Below are positions 1 through 11,394 of a stretch of DNA of 64,000 bases, one piece after another. Every line of letters starts with the position of its first letter. The stretch's first letter is position 1. The DNA is from Thalia democratica (Eukaryota), in NCBI GenBank assembly GCA_965202585.1, contig OZ241829.1:21948001-22012000 (forward strand), read 5' to 3'. Made by a program: the position numbers and the translations under genes. The notes beneath the pieces are model-generated. The model was not told where the DNA came from, did no database searches, and was given only the letters and a program-made list of their open reading frames with translations.

Positions 1-735
1 TTAAAAATGTATAAAAAGATTACACATTTGTATTATTTAAAAACCTTTTTTTTGTTAACAAACTGTTCAAGAAGAAATGACATTACTAATTTACTCAAAA
101 AATATATTACACATGAAAAGTTAAATTTTATTCTCTTCTCAGTATAATTTACTTAATGGTATTTTAATTATTATTTGAGGTTTGCAAGTTTAACTTACAT
201 ACAATGATATTTCTTAAGAACTTAACTTTTGGTTTGTAATACTAGAAGGTTAAGAATACTGCACTCTCTTTAATTAAAGCAAAGTTTACGTTCTACTAAT
301 TACGTACTCTTCCTATACTGTCACTTAAATCATTATTACCTAACCGTACAAAAAATTATTAAGCAACTTTTGTTGTGTTTTATATAAACTTATCTGCAAA
401 CAAGTTTCTGAAATTTTTTAAAGTGTATTTCTTAAAGTGTATTTGTTCTTAAGTATTAAAAAGATTAATTTTGCTTCGTAATTCATCATTAGTAAGATAC
501 TACACTAAAATCTTTAAGTATAGAAAAATATTAAGATTTTAAACATTACTATAATACTTACTTGTAAATAAACTAAAAAATTTCTTTTAAATCAAATTTT
601 TCTTTATTTATATATAACTAAAAATGCAGACAATAAAAACAAAGCGAAACATAGAAAAACGTTTTTCAATAAAAAGAAATGTCTGAAACATAACAAACGT
701 AAATGTGTTTATCCGAGAGATGTGTAACTGTCCAA

Positions 736-2851
736 TTACAAACAAGAGCTAACTTTAACCGCCATATCCCTCAATGCATCAAAACAGTTTTGTAGAAACT
801 TTGTTGTTTCATAGACCACCCCAATAAGCTCATCATTATCTTCTTGGTCGGCGTAAACATTGTTCATTGTCTGGTTCAATTCGTCATAGACTTTATTCAA
901 AGAGCTTAGATGGTCGTTCAGCTCTTCCTGACTTTTTCAAATTATAGTTTTGTCAGTATCTCCAGTTTGTACTGATTGTTTCAACTGGTCAAACAAACGT
1001 TTATAAGATTGTAACACCCAACTCACACCGTAGTAGAGATCTCCAACGAGGTCGAAAGGGCTGATCCCAGAATCTGAGCTACTTTCAAAGAACCTTGTTA
1101 CCAAAACACCATCATTCAAGCTGTCAGAGATCACTTGCCAATGAAACTTTTCTATTTCGTACAGCTGGTTTATAAAACCATTGCTTTCAGTACTGTCAAT
1201 ATGCTTCAGGTGATTAGTTGTGAGCGTTCCCAAAACATCCTTTGAAGGCTTATTTTCTTCTAACATTTTTCTAATAATTTCAAAACGACTGAGCATAGTT
1301 GTTTCTACATCGGTTGTAAGTTCATTTAAAAATAGCCCCGACTTTACACAATCTTTTTCAGCATCTTCTTTTGTTTTATCCTTAGGTTGATTTTCAATTG
1401 TTTTACCAACATCGCTCAAATTTTCTTTTGAGGTTTTATTCAAATCTTCATTACTATTTGCATGAGAAGTCTTTTCGTTTGTTGTTGGATTTACAGTTCG
1501 AATTAGTTTTCCAGTGTCTGGTGACGCAAAACTGTCTGCAATTTTTGTTTCGTTTGTTTCTAGGGATTCTTCTTCTGAGTCCTTTCTTTTATCAGATGAA
1601 TTTTCAGAGGCTTGTCTAATTTCATAATGCTTTGCTACTTCATTATGAATGTTATTTACGTTTTCTTCAAACAAGTTTTGTTTGTCATCCTGAACTAAAA
1701 CATCATTATTTTTGATAATCTCTGATTCAGTATTAGCTGAAGTTGCTAACAGTTTTACTTTTTCTTGATTCACAAACAGTTTATTACTTATGTTTTTGTC
1801 ACTACTATTCACAGCTAGTTGTACTCCTTTACAAGCCTGACTTTTCATCAACTTTAGATTACAAGACATATTTTTGTTATCACTAAAGTTAGGGTCACTT
1901 ACTAACTCCAAAGTATTTTTAATGGTAACAGCTTTCTTATCTTTTGTATCACAGGTAAAAGTTTTCACAGTCACTGAGGCTTCTCCTCTAATGTGTCTTT
2001 CTTCAGATAAGTTTTCAGACACTCCTTCATTTCTGTGATGCCTTGCTGTTTGATCATGAAATTTAGTTACCTTTTCTTCAATCGGGTTTTTCGTTTTTCT
2101 TTGAATCAAAATATCATTGTCATCGATAAAGTTTTTCTCAATGTTAGCTGACGTCTTAACAACTCTTCTTTTTTTGGGTTCAAAAACACATCTAATTTTG
2201 AAGTAGTGTTCAAATTTTCATTACCAGTTGCACTGGTAGACTTCTTGTTTATTGTTGAATTCACAATATTAGTTAAATTCTCACAATCCGGTGCTATAAA
2301 ACTTACAATTTGGTTTTCTTCATTTGTCACTAGGGCTTCTCCTCTGAAGTGACTTTCTTCAGATATGTTTTCAGACACTTCTTCATTTCTGTGATGATCA
2401 TGAAATTTAGTTACGTTTTCTTCAAACGGGTTTTTCGTTTCACCCTGAATCAAAATATCAGTGTCATCGATGATCTTCCCCTCAATGTTAGCCAACGTTG
2501 TTAACAACTTTTCTTCTTCTGAAGTCAAAAACAAGTCTTCACCGTTGTTTGAATTTTTGTCACTACTATTTACAGCTAGTTGTACTTCTTTATAAGCCTG
2601 ACTGTTCAAAGACTTAAGACTACAAGACATATTTTTGGTATTGTTAGGTTCACCTACTGACTCCAAAGTATTTTTAATGGAAACAGCTTTCTTACCTTTT
2701 GTATCACAGGTAACAGTTTTAACAGTTTTTGAACCAACTTCTTTGTTGTTGTAGAAAAGTAATGAAAAGCACCAACTGTCACATACAGGCCAGCAAAACC
2801 TAGAACGATTTTGCTCAAATTTACACCCAACTTGAACGAAATTTTAATCAT
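736..2851 (-). pseudogene. Family A copy 1: disrupted, chimeric signal-anchor protein gene
   Basis: ORFs 2654-2851, 2106-2666 and 937-2109 align to the intact paralog at 31235. There is a 4-nt deletion just after the hydrophobic anchor, a second frameshift near 2110, and a GGA>TGA stop at 937-939; homology continues to TAA at 736-738. Confidence 0.85.
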
Positions 2852-5800
2852 TTTACAAAATTCCTATGTCAAAGTATTAAACTTTTTATACATAACTTAA
2901 ACTACTGTTTAAGTAAAGCATTAAGGTATGTAGAGCTAAGTTTTTATTTAATACAAAATTATTTACAGTATTAAAAGTATTTTGTTTTAAGTCAAGTTAG
3001 TTAATGTGTATGATAAGAAATAAAACTTCTCTTCAATTTTTCATTTTGCTAGTGTTAATTTATTCAATTATTTCTACTTCTTTTTTTCAACTGTGCAATA
3101 AAAATTTTAAAAGTTTGTATTTTCTGCTTAGCTAACTAACCACTCCTAAAGGTAAATTAAGTTTAGTTTTAAAGGCTGTAAATAAATCAATATAAACTTT
3201 ACTTTGTCAATTTAAACAATATTTTAATAAAACAATAAGAATTTTTCAGTTTCAATTATAATACTTTTTGAGTGTAAGTCAGTGATTTTTTCATTGTTAG
3301 TTAAAATAAAAATAAGGAGTGTTTTTATCTATAAATTGAAACTAAATTATAAAATTGACCAAAATAAGACTTTGTTTTAATGTTTAAACAAAAAATTATT
3401 ATAAGCATTGCACAATAAAAAAAAATTTGATGAACAAATAATGTACAGATGTTTAAGAAATTGTTTGAATAATATTTTACATACTTAACATTAAAAACAA
3501 GAAATTGAAAACATTTCTGTAAAGAATGAAAAAAACTTCATAAATATTTAGAGAAATAAAATAATGAAATCCAAAAAATCGCCTTTACCTTATATAAGGC
3601 TGCAGAACTCTACTTTATAACAGTTTTAAAAACTAAAAAGCCATGTATCTTTAAACAAACGTTTAAAGGTAAAACGAGCCGTCAAAAAAACTAAACCAAG
3701 AAAAAAAAAACAATTTTAAGATATTTTACATTAAAAAGAACTCCCTGTTAAATTAAGTGAATTTAACAACAATGTAAAATATCAGAAACAAAACAATTCT
3801 GAACATATAAAGTAAAATGAGCTAAAGCTTTATAATTCTACAGGTAACAACAAAATGTTGAAGTAATACAAATGCTAATTTTAAATTGGTCTTAAACCTT
3901 GTACTACTTTACTTTTTTAGAAAATTTAATAATTTTTTAGTTGAAACTTATGATAAAAGTTTAAAAGCACTAACTTACTTAATGTTAAAATACACTGTTA
4001 AATTTGAGCAAAAAATACTTTGTTTATGTTTAGACATTATGATAAACTTTTTAGGTTAAATGCTATGATTCTCAAAGCTTTATAAATATAGCACAGTAAA
4101 ATACTATATAACCAGGGTTTTTAGAAAATGATTTACAAACTGTTTTTACTACTATATATTCACAATAAAATTAGCTATGAGTTTCCAATTAAAAATTGTG
4201 TAGTTATACCAAATCTAGATTTATATGTCACACAAATTAACCATAAAGTTGAATAAAAAAAGGTTATGATAACTTACTTTTCAAAACAGAAGTTCTATAA
4301 AGCTTGTAAAAATTTAGTGTTTGTTAATGGAAAATTTTTAAGATGCATCATTTTAGTTTGTACAATCAGATTAAATTTTAAGTTTCACTTTGAAAAACCT
4401 TGTTAAAGTAACAATAAAATTTTATAACAACCGTATGTTTGTTTATAAATGCTAGTTTAAAGATTTGTTTAACCTTATGTACTTGCAATTTCTTTTGAGT
4501 TTAAACGATGTTCAAAAGAGCTTACCCGTAGAAGTGAACAACTTGTAAAGCCTTTTTAATTTATAATATTATCTTGTTGTTGTAATTTATTTTGACAACA
4601 ATTAGCTATTGTGACTTAATAGTATGTTTAAACTTTTTGATTGCATTACACAATATTTATGAACTTTAAATAAATAGTAATCAACGGTTGCTAAAAAAAA
4701 AAGTATGAACGAAACAATTTATTTGAAAAAAGAACTGCATTTTAGTTTATCATCTGTTAAAACACTTTTGGAAAATCATTACAATTTTTTTACGAATGTT
4801 TAAATTTTTTTATTCAAAGTCTAATTCATATAGTGATAAACACTTTAACTTTAAAACAGTTTTCAGGGTTTTATCTTTTCGTTTTAAAACTATAGTAATA
4901 AAAAAAATATTATTTAGTTGTAGTTCTAGCCAGCTTAAAAATTAACATAAAAACACTTATTACAATTTATGATTTCAATTAACGTTAAAAAACAGCATAT
5001 TTTTGAAAAATATAGCTTGTAGAAAATTAAAAAATTAAGGAATAAAAGTTTAAACAATATTAAACAGTTTGTAAATAAAAATAAGTAAAATATTATATAT
5101 TTTTTTAAATATCAACCGAAAGTAAAAACTCAAAAGTTAGTATTAGTGTTAATATTTTGAATTAAATCTATCATGAAACTGGATTTAGAAATGAATTTTG
5201 TTTTCCTATTTTTTGTCGTCTAGCAACACTGAGTGATCACTTATATACCACTGGCTTCAGAAGTTTGAGTCTCTTGGAAGTAGGTTTTAGTGATATCTAT
5301 ATCTAAAGTACGTTTCGATAAGTTAAATTTAAAAAATAAACAACTCATGTTGACACAAGAGTTTTTTACGAAATACATGAAACTTAAAAAAAAACCTTAA
5401 TTGTTACGAAAAAAACTAGCTCTAATTTAAACCTCTTTTTCAGTTACTTTTAATTATACTATTGATTTATCAACCGAATCGTTATTGTCTACTGTTTTTT
5501 GTCTCTCAATAAACTTAACTACTAAACTGTTGTTTTTTTTTTTGAAGAGCTGAAAAACTTCGAACCGACGAAAGTTTCCGAGCACGAGTGCAGGAACTTT
5601 GGGTGAAGATCAAAAAGTGCCCACCTAATATTTCTACCTAAATTGCTTGCGGGCCGAAGTTAATTTAAATAAATTTAGTACTCAATAAAAGCAAAAATAT
5701 GATATAAGACATGCTACCATTTAGCACTAATAGTTTCATTACTAAATCAAAAGCTTAATTGTAAGTTTCCACTGCAAAAACTTTATTTTGATTTGATTAA

Positions 5801-6430
5801 AAGAGTATGTTTTTAGCTGAAAGTACATCGCGGGCTGCAGTTTGCCAACCGCTGCCTTTATACGATAATTCTAGTCTGAGCAAAAACTTAAAACCATTGA
5901 AACTAATGATTAATAATTATAACCACAAAAAATTTAGTATAATTTAAAACTGTTTATTTTCTGTGTAATATAGTTCTATTTTGATGAAATATTAAACTCT
6001 CTCTCTAGAAATATTGGCTAAGCACCTTAAAAAGGAAATATGTCTTTGAAGCAAAATAATTTTGGAGAAAATCATCAAAGGCCTTTGTTTTGTAACATGA
6101 TTAACACCCTAAAAGTTCTAAAAACCGCACCAACTTCAGCTAAGTTGATAAAGGAAATCCTACAAAAATGACATTTTTAATACAAAGTAAAATTTGTTAA
6201 AAACGTCATATATCTTACTGATTTAAGGTATACCTAATTAATAAGATATCTGATACTTTATTACAAATGTTTCAAATGCTTATACTATTTTATTTAAGCT
6301 ACATTTCACTCAAATTTGAAAAGCGATGAGAATGACGTAACAAAAGTGTTTTCTGTTTACTACTGATAATGCAACAACTTGTGACGATGCAAAAGTTAGT
6401 TTAACTACAATTTAATTTTAAAAACAGCAA
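2650..6430. repeat. Arm of inverted segmental duplication (partner about 15460-19300)
   Basis: Many collinear reverse-complement matches, e.g. gcaacaacttgtgacgatgcaaaag (about 6371) vs cttttgcatcgtcacaagttgttgc (about 15502), and gcttacccgtagaagtgaacaac vs gttgttcacttctacgggttagc. Confidence 0.9.
5645..5854 (-). mobile_element. hAT (Charlie-like) DNA transposon terminus, non-autonomous remnant
   Basis: Ends CGCGGGCTGCAGTTTGCCAACCGCTG, the reverse complement of a CAGGGGTTGGCAAAC..GCGGCCCGCG-type hAT end; subterminal gcgggccg repeat at about 5648. No second TIR or transposase found. Confidence 0.55.
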
Positions 6431-6560
6431 CTTTTATATGGTGCAGTAACTAGAACGTAAAACTGAACTGAATAATATAATTCCAGGTCACTGTTAAACG
6501 TATACTTAATCTGAAAACAAAACAAATACTTTCTATAACTGAGACTCAAATTTTTATTAG

Positions 6561-7610
6561 GTGCGATTGAAAATATTTAGGAAAAAATACTGCCATCGAT
6601 AAAAGCATGTGATATTAAAACTGAGTTTCAATGTAAGATTATTTGTTTCGATTGTTCTGTAAACGACGGGAAAAGAGATAGCATTGATGGGACAGACGAA
6701 AGTTATGTAGACTTTGAGTGCTTGGAATATGAACTCGGTTGCTTTTATAACACAACCACAGCAAACAAGACAAACAGTCAATAAAAGATGAGTTTTGAAA
6801 TGCTCAGAGATAGCAAAAGTGATTGTTACTCTAATGAAGATGAACAAATAATTATAAAAGACTGCAACCACAAAAACTTGTTTCTATGTTTGGATAAAAG
6901 CAGATGCATAACAAGAAGTCTACTTTGTGACGGTTATAACAATTGTAATGATCGGTCATGATTATTTTTGAAGTTATAAACCTAAAGTTTTGTTTTTTAC
7001 ACTTAGTCTTAACTAGTACAAAAGTATACTAGCACTAGTTCTTTAAGTTAAACCTATGTAAGTTCTAAAAAGAAAACAAAAAGAACAACCCAAAAGTTTG
7101 TTTTTAATTTGAAATGTAACTGGTACAAACGATCTAATAGACTTCAATATCAAACAGTATCTCAGCCTAGTAGCCTATTTACAACGGCTCACTGCAAAAC
7201 TCAAGAAGACAAGTGCTATAACGAAGTTGGAGAGTTAAAGTGCGTTTGACGTTTCGACAGGACAATAATTCTTAACAGCCAAGTTTGCAATGGAACAATC
7301 GACTTTCAGGATTTGTCTGAAGAATGTGCTTGCGAAAACTTCAAGGTTAAGCTTTTTTACGACGTATTTTGTAACAAACACGCTTCGAACACAGGCAAGC
7401 TCGATTTCAGCACTATTTGCAATTTACAGGACGATTTTCCTGAGGGTTGTGACTAAAAGTAAACCAAACAGTTTGTTTATTTTACAGAACAGCCATTTTG
7501 CAAACACGTGATTGTGCAAAGGGAATAGCAGCATTAGTCGTAGAGCTTATGTATTGCCAGGTAACAATGAACTTCAATTAGAGTTTTGTCAGATTTGCCA
7601 CGGCTGTTTG
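6561..7610 (+). pseudogene. LDL-receptor class A (LDLa) repeat-containing pseudogene fragment
   Basis: Plus-strand translation after ttag|6561 gives CNHKNLFLCLDKSRCITRSLLCDGYNNCNDRS, CDIKTEFQCK..DGTDES, VCNGTIDFQDLSEEC and ICNLQDDFPEGCD*, i.e. LDLa Cys/acidic motifs broken by several stops. Confidence 0.75.
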
Positions 7611-8799
7611 TATCAATATTATATATTAACTAGTTATATATCACAAAAATATTTTTTTTTTACTTTTAAGTTAACTGATATAATTCATGTTTCTTTAACA
7701 CATGAATAATAAAAAATTGTGATCGCAAAAATTTAAATCAACGTTTTACACTTATAACTTGTTGAGACTATTTTAGTAAGTATTTCTACTATTAAAAATA
7801 TTTTAGGTAAGTAAAAATTTTAATTTTTGGTTAAACGAATAAAAGAAACTACTTAATAGATTAAATATACCTGTTTTAAATGAACGAACGAAAGTAAAAA
7901 CCTATTATTCAATTTTGTAACTAATAATAACCTCTAAATTTTGTACTAAATTTTAATGTCTAGCAAAAATGTTCAAAAAATCTTTTAGGCTAATACTTTT
8001 TTTTTATATGTAATATTATAAAATATAAACAAGTTATAAAAGTTATTACCTTAAATTTTCATTTTGTACAACTTTGTTTATTAAGAAAATAAACGTAGCA
8101 TTATACATAACTTTTAAGTAGTTTTATGAATTTCCTAAGAGTATAAGGTCTTTGAGCTTGCATTAGATTTAATACTGATAAATTTTATGATTTTATACTT
8201 TCTTTAATCATACTCAAATTTTGTTTTAAGAATTCAAAAACGTACTCAGTATCGAATTTGTACTGTTAATATAGATAAAATTATCTTTGTTTAAAATTTT
8301 AAGCTACTGATTTCTTTGATCTGCTTAAACTTAGTTACCGTTTTTTTTATATCAGGTGGGTACTTTTGCATATTTTACAGACTTAAGTGAAAAAAAATTT
8401 GTAATAGTTCTGAAATAAAGTTATAAGCGATAAAATGATGCAGTTCAGAACAAACATACTTTTGCTGGCTACCATTTGTTATATTTACTTTTTAGGTTTT
8501 TTTTGGATACCGTTTACCTTATATTGTACACTCTTTTAGTTCATTTTTGCATTTACCCATTTATAATTTTCTAAACCCAATTTTGTACTCTAAAGTGGAT
8601 GCTTCTACGGTAAAAGCAATAAAAAAATTAATATTATTAGTAGAAAAGAGTTGAGAATAAAATGTAAGAACTATTGAAACAACTAGATCTAACACAGATA
8701 TGCTGGTTTTTAATTTTTGTAGTGTTTGCTTCTGTTGATATTTGAAAAATAGAGTTTTTTAATATAGATTTTTCAGATTTCACTTTACTTTATTTGTTT

Positions 8800-9330
8800 T
8801 AGCCTTATATATTGTTTGTTGAACGATAGAAAAAGCGTTCAAAAATTTTATTCTAAGGAACTGGTGTACGAATAAACCAATCAGTTATCGAGTTGTACAC
8901 CACATGCTTTTAATAATTTAATTTAAATGTGAACTGTTAAATCTTAAATAGGAAAACAACATGAAAAAAAAAAATAATAAAAAGATAAAAACTGAACGCA
9001 AATTGACTAACTCATTGTGTTTACTTAAAAAAAATTATTTATAATTTACTCTAAAACGTGTCTTGTAAGATAAAAGTTGAAAATGCTGTTTAACCCTAAA
9101 ACATAAAAAAATAAACATGGAAGAAGATGACATTTGTAGACTTAAATATTTAACTAAAATTTTATTTATTAAACGAGATAAACAATACTTATAGCAGACA
9201 TGAAAATATGCCACCACCTTTTTAAATAAGGTAAAACTGTAAAAAGTTTAATAAGTTATATGTTAAATTTTATCATATTTTATGCTAAAAGTGTATTTTT
9301 TTTATTCTAAATATATTGAAAAACTGAAAG
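8800..9330. repeat. Diverged direct repeat of about 51100-51600
   Basis: Shared blocks such as ctggtgtac..tatcgagt.gtacac.acatgctt and downstream AT-rich matches. Confidence 0.55.
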
Positions 9331-11394
9331 AAGTTAACACTTAAAAAAAAAAAATTACTTTTTAAATAAGTGAATTTGACAATAAACTCGATTTAACGTC
9401 TCAAGATAAACTTTTTAGAGTTTTTAGAAAAAACCAAGATCATAAATTTGCCTGAGCTATTCAGATAATAATTAAAGCTAAATTGACTTTACTTTTTACT
9501 AAATGCTATAGTATTCAACACTTAGAATGGTATTTGTTTTGCTAATTAATTATCGAAGGAGAAAATACGGTACAAAATCTTAATCTAACCAAAATGAAGC
9601 GACAAAACAGATAATATTAGATGTAGTAAAAAAATAGATGCTTTTTTATAGCTGTTAACTTTAAATATTTTTAATTTGTAACTTTCGAAACCTCTGAAAA
9701 CCATTACTGTACTAGAGCAACAGTATTTAACTAAATACTCAAGTTATTTTAAAAGCATATAAAATTATACCATTTATTTATTACAACTCAAGTTGAATAA
9801 ACTTTGAGTATCTGAAACAATGTTTAAAGTCTATTATTATAGCAAAAACAGAGTTTTTTAATAAGCAAGTAACATTAAGAAAACTTCAAAAGTAAAGATT
9901 TCTATACACTGAGAAAACGTTTATATGGTTTAGCTTAAAGTTCGGCAGTCGAGTAAGTAATTTACGATTTTCTCGAGTAAATCGGGTAACTACGGTTTTA
10001 TTAAAAGCGTTTTAAAACTGTTGTAATGAACTTTTTTGATTAAATTTTCAAGATATACTTTGAATAATATACTGATAGTATTTATCAGTAGTGGTTTTAA
10101 CATTTATAAATAACTAAAGTTTACAGTTAGATAAAAGAATTAAGTACCATATGGTTTTTAATTCTAAATCAAATATTATTTTCTGTCGAATGTGTTTTCG
10201 TTTAATTTACATTTTGGATTATTTCTTATCAGAACTCGCAAAGTAAAATATCTTCTAGGTGTTTAATTTACTTAAACCTCAGTAAGGTCACTCACAGGTA
10301 AGCTCAGTTCAGTTTAAAATCTTATTTTAAAAGATCAGGCTTAGTCTGTATTTTGTTTTTCTAAATTTCTTATCTACTAAGCTTATACTGTTAATTTAAA
10401 GATTTTTTACTAATAATTTTGTTTTTAACTGTGAAATAGGTAGTTTTGGTTTAAAGTTTGAATTTACGTTCGTGTTGGTAATAATTAGAAAAAAGTTATT
10501 GTTTTTTTTTGATGATGTTAACTTGAAGTTTTAAGGTTTTGTTTTGGGTAAGTTTATGGAGCTCTAAGTGCAGAAGTCTATTTTACAATAAACATGTTAT
10601 TATATAAGGTTATTATGTGCTAAGTTAAAGTTATTTTCAGCAAACATATAGATGTTGTTGATTCTTAACTTAATTGTGTAGTAAATGACTTGTGACCTCC
10701 AGGGTTTAAAGCAGTTTACATTTTTATTATTTTTCCATTTTTTAATTTTATTTTGTTAGTGTGTACTTTTGAGGAGACTGATAGTAGTATTAGTTTAACA
10801 CTGCAATGAATAATTATTCACAAAATATTCTATTGGATTTTATACATAATCATTCAAAAACAAACTGTGATCACTATATTAAATTAATATTAAATAGTCT
10901 ATACAAACTTTACTTAATGGTAACTTTAATACCATAAAATAAAAATTGTAGATATAAGTACGAAACGAGTTAGTTAACCTTTTTGAAATTTCTATAAAAT
11001 TTAAGCTACTAAAGTTGTCAACAGTATTTAAAATAGCTATCGTATTGAAAAAAGATAGTTTTAAAGAGTATAAAATTTTCAAATAATAAAGCTTAATTTA
11101 TTTTTATTAAAATAGAAGTATTTAGTTGGTACTACAGTTTGAAATATTGTAAAAATTTGAAGTTTATTTCAAAAATTAATATAGCTGATTTAGATCAAAA
11201 AGAAATTACATTATTATTTAATGGAAACTTTAGTTTGATCATTGTACCTAACTACTAACTTTAAGTATCAAAATACAACTTGAAACTAAAAAGTTTTTGA
11301 AAAGTATACTACCTTAAAATAATGAATTTGTTAATTACATTTTTTTTTTCACTTTATTTTCAGTTTCTACTACATAATAACTCAAACTTTTACT

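Noticed and set aside
6557-6871. 104-aa minus-strand ORF
   Set aside because: Antisense shadow of the LDLa pseudogene.
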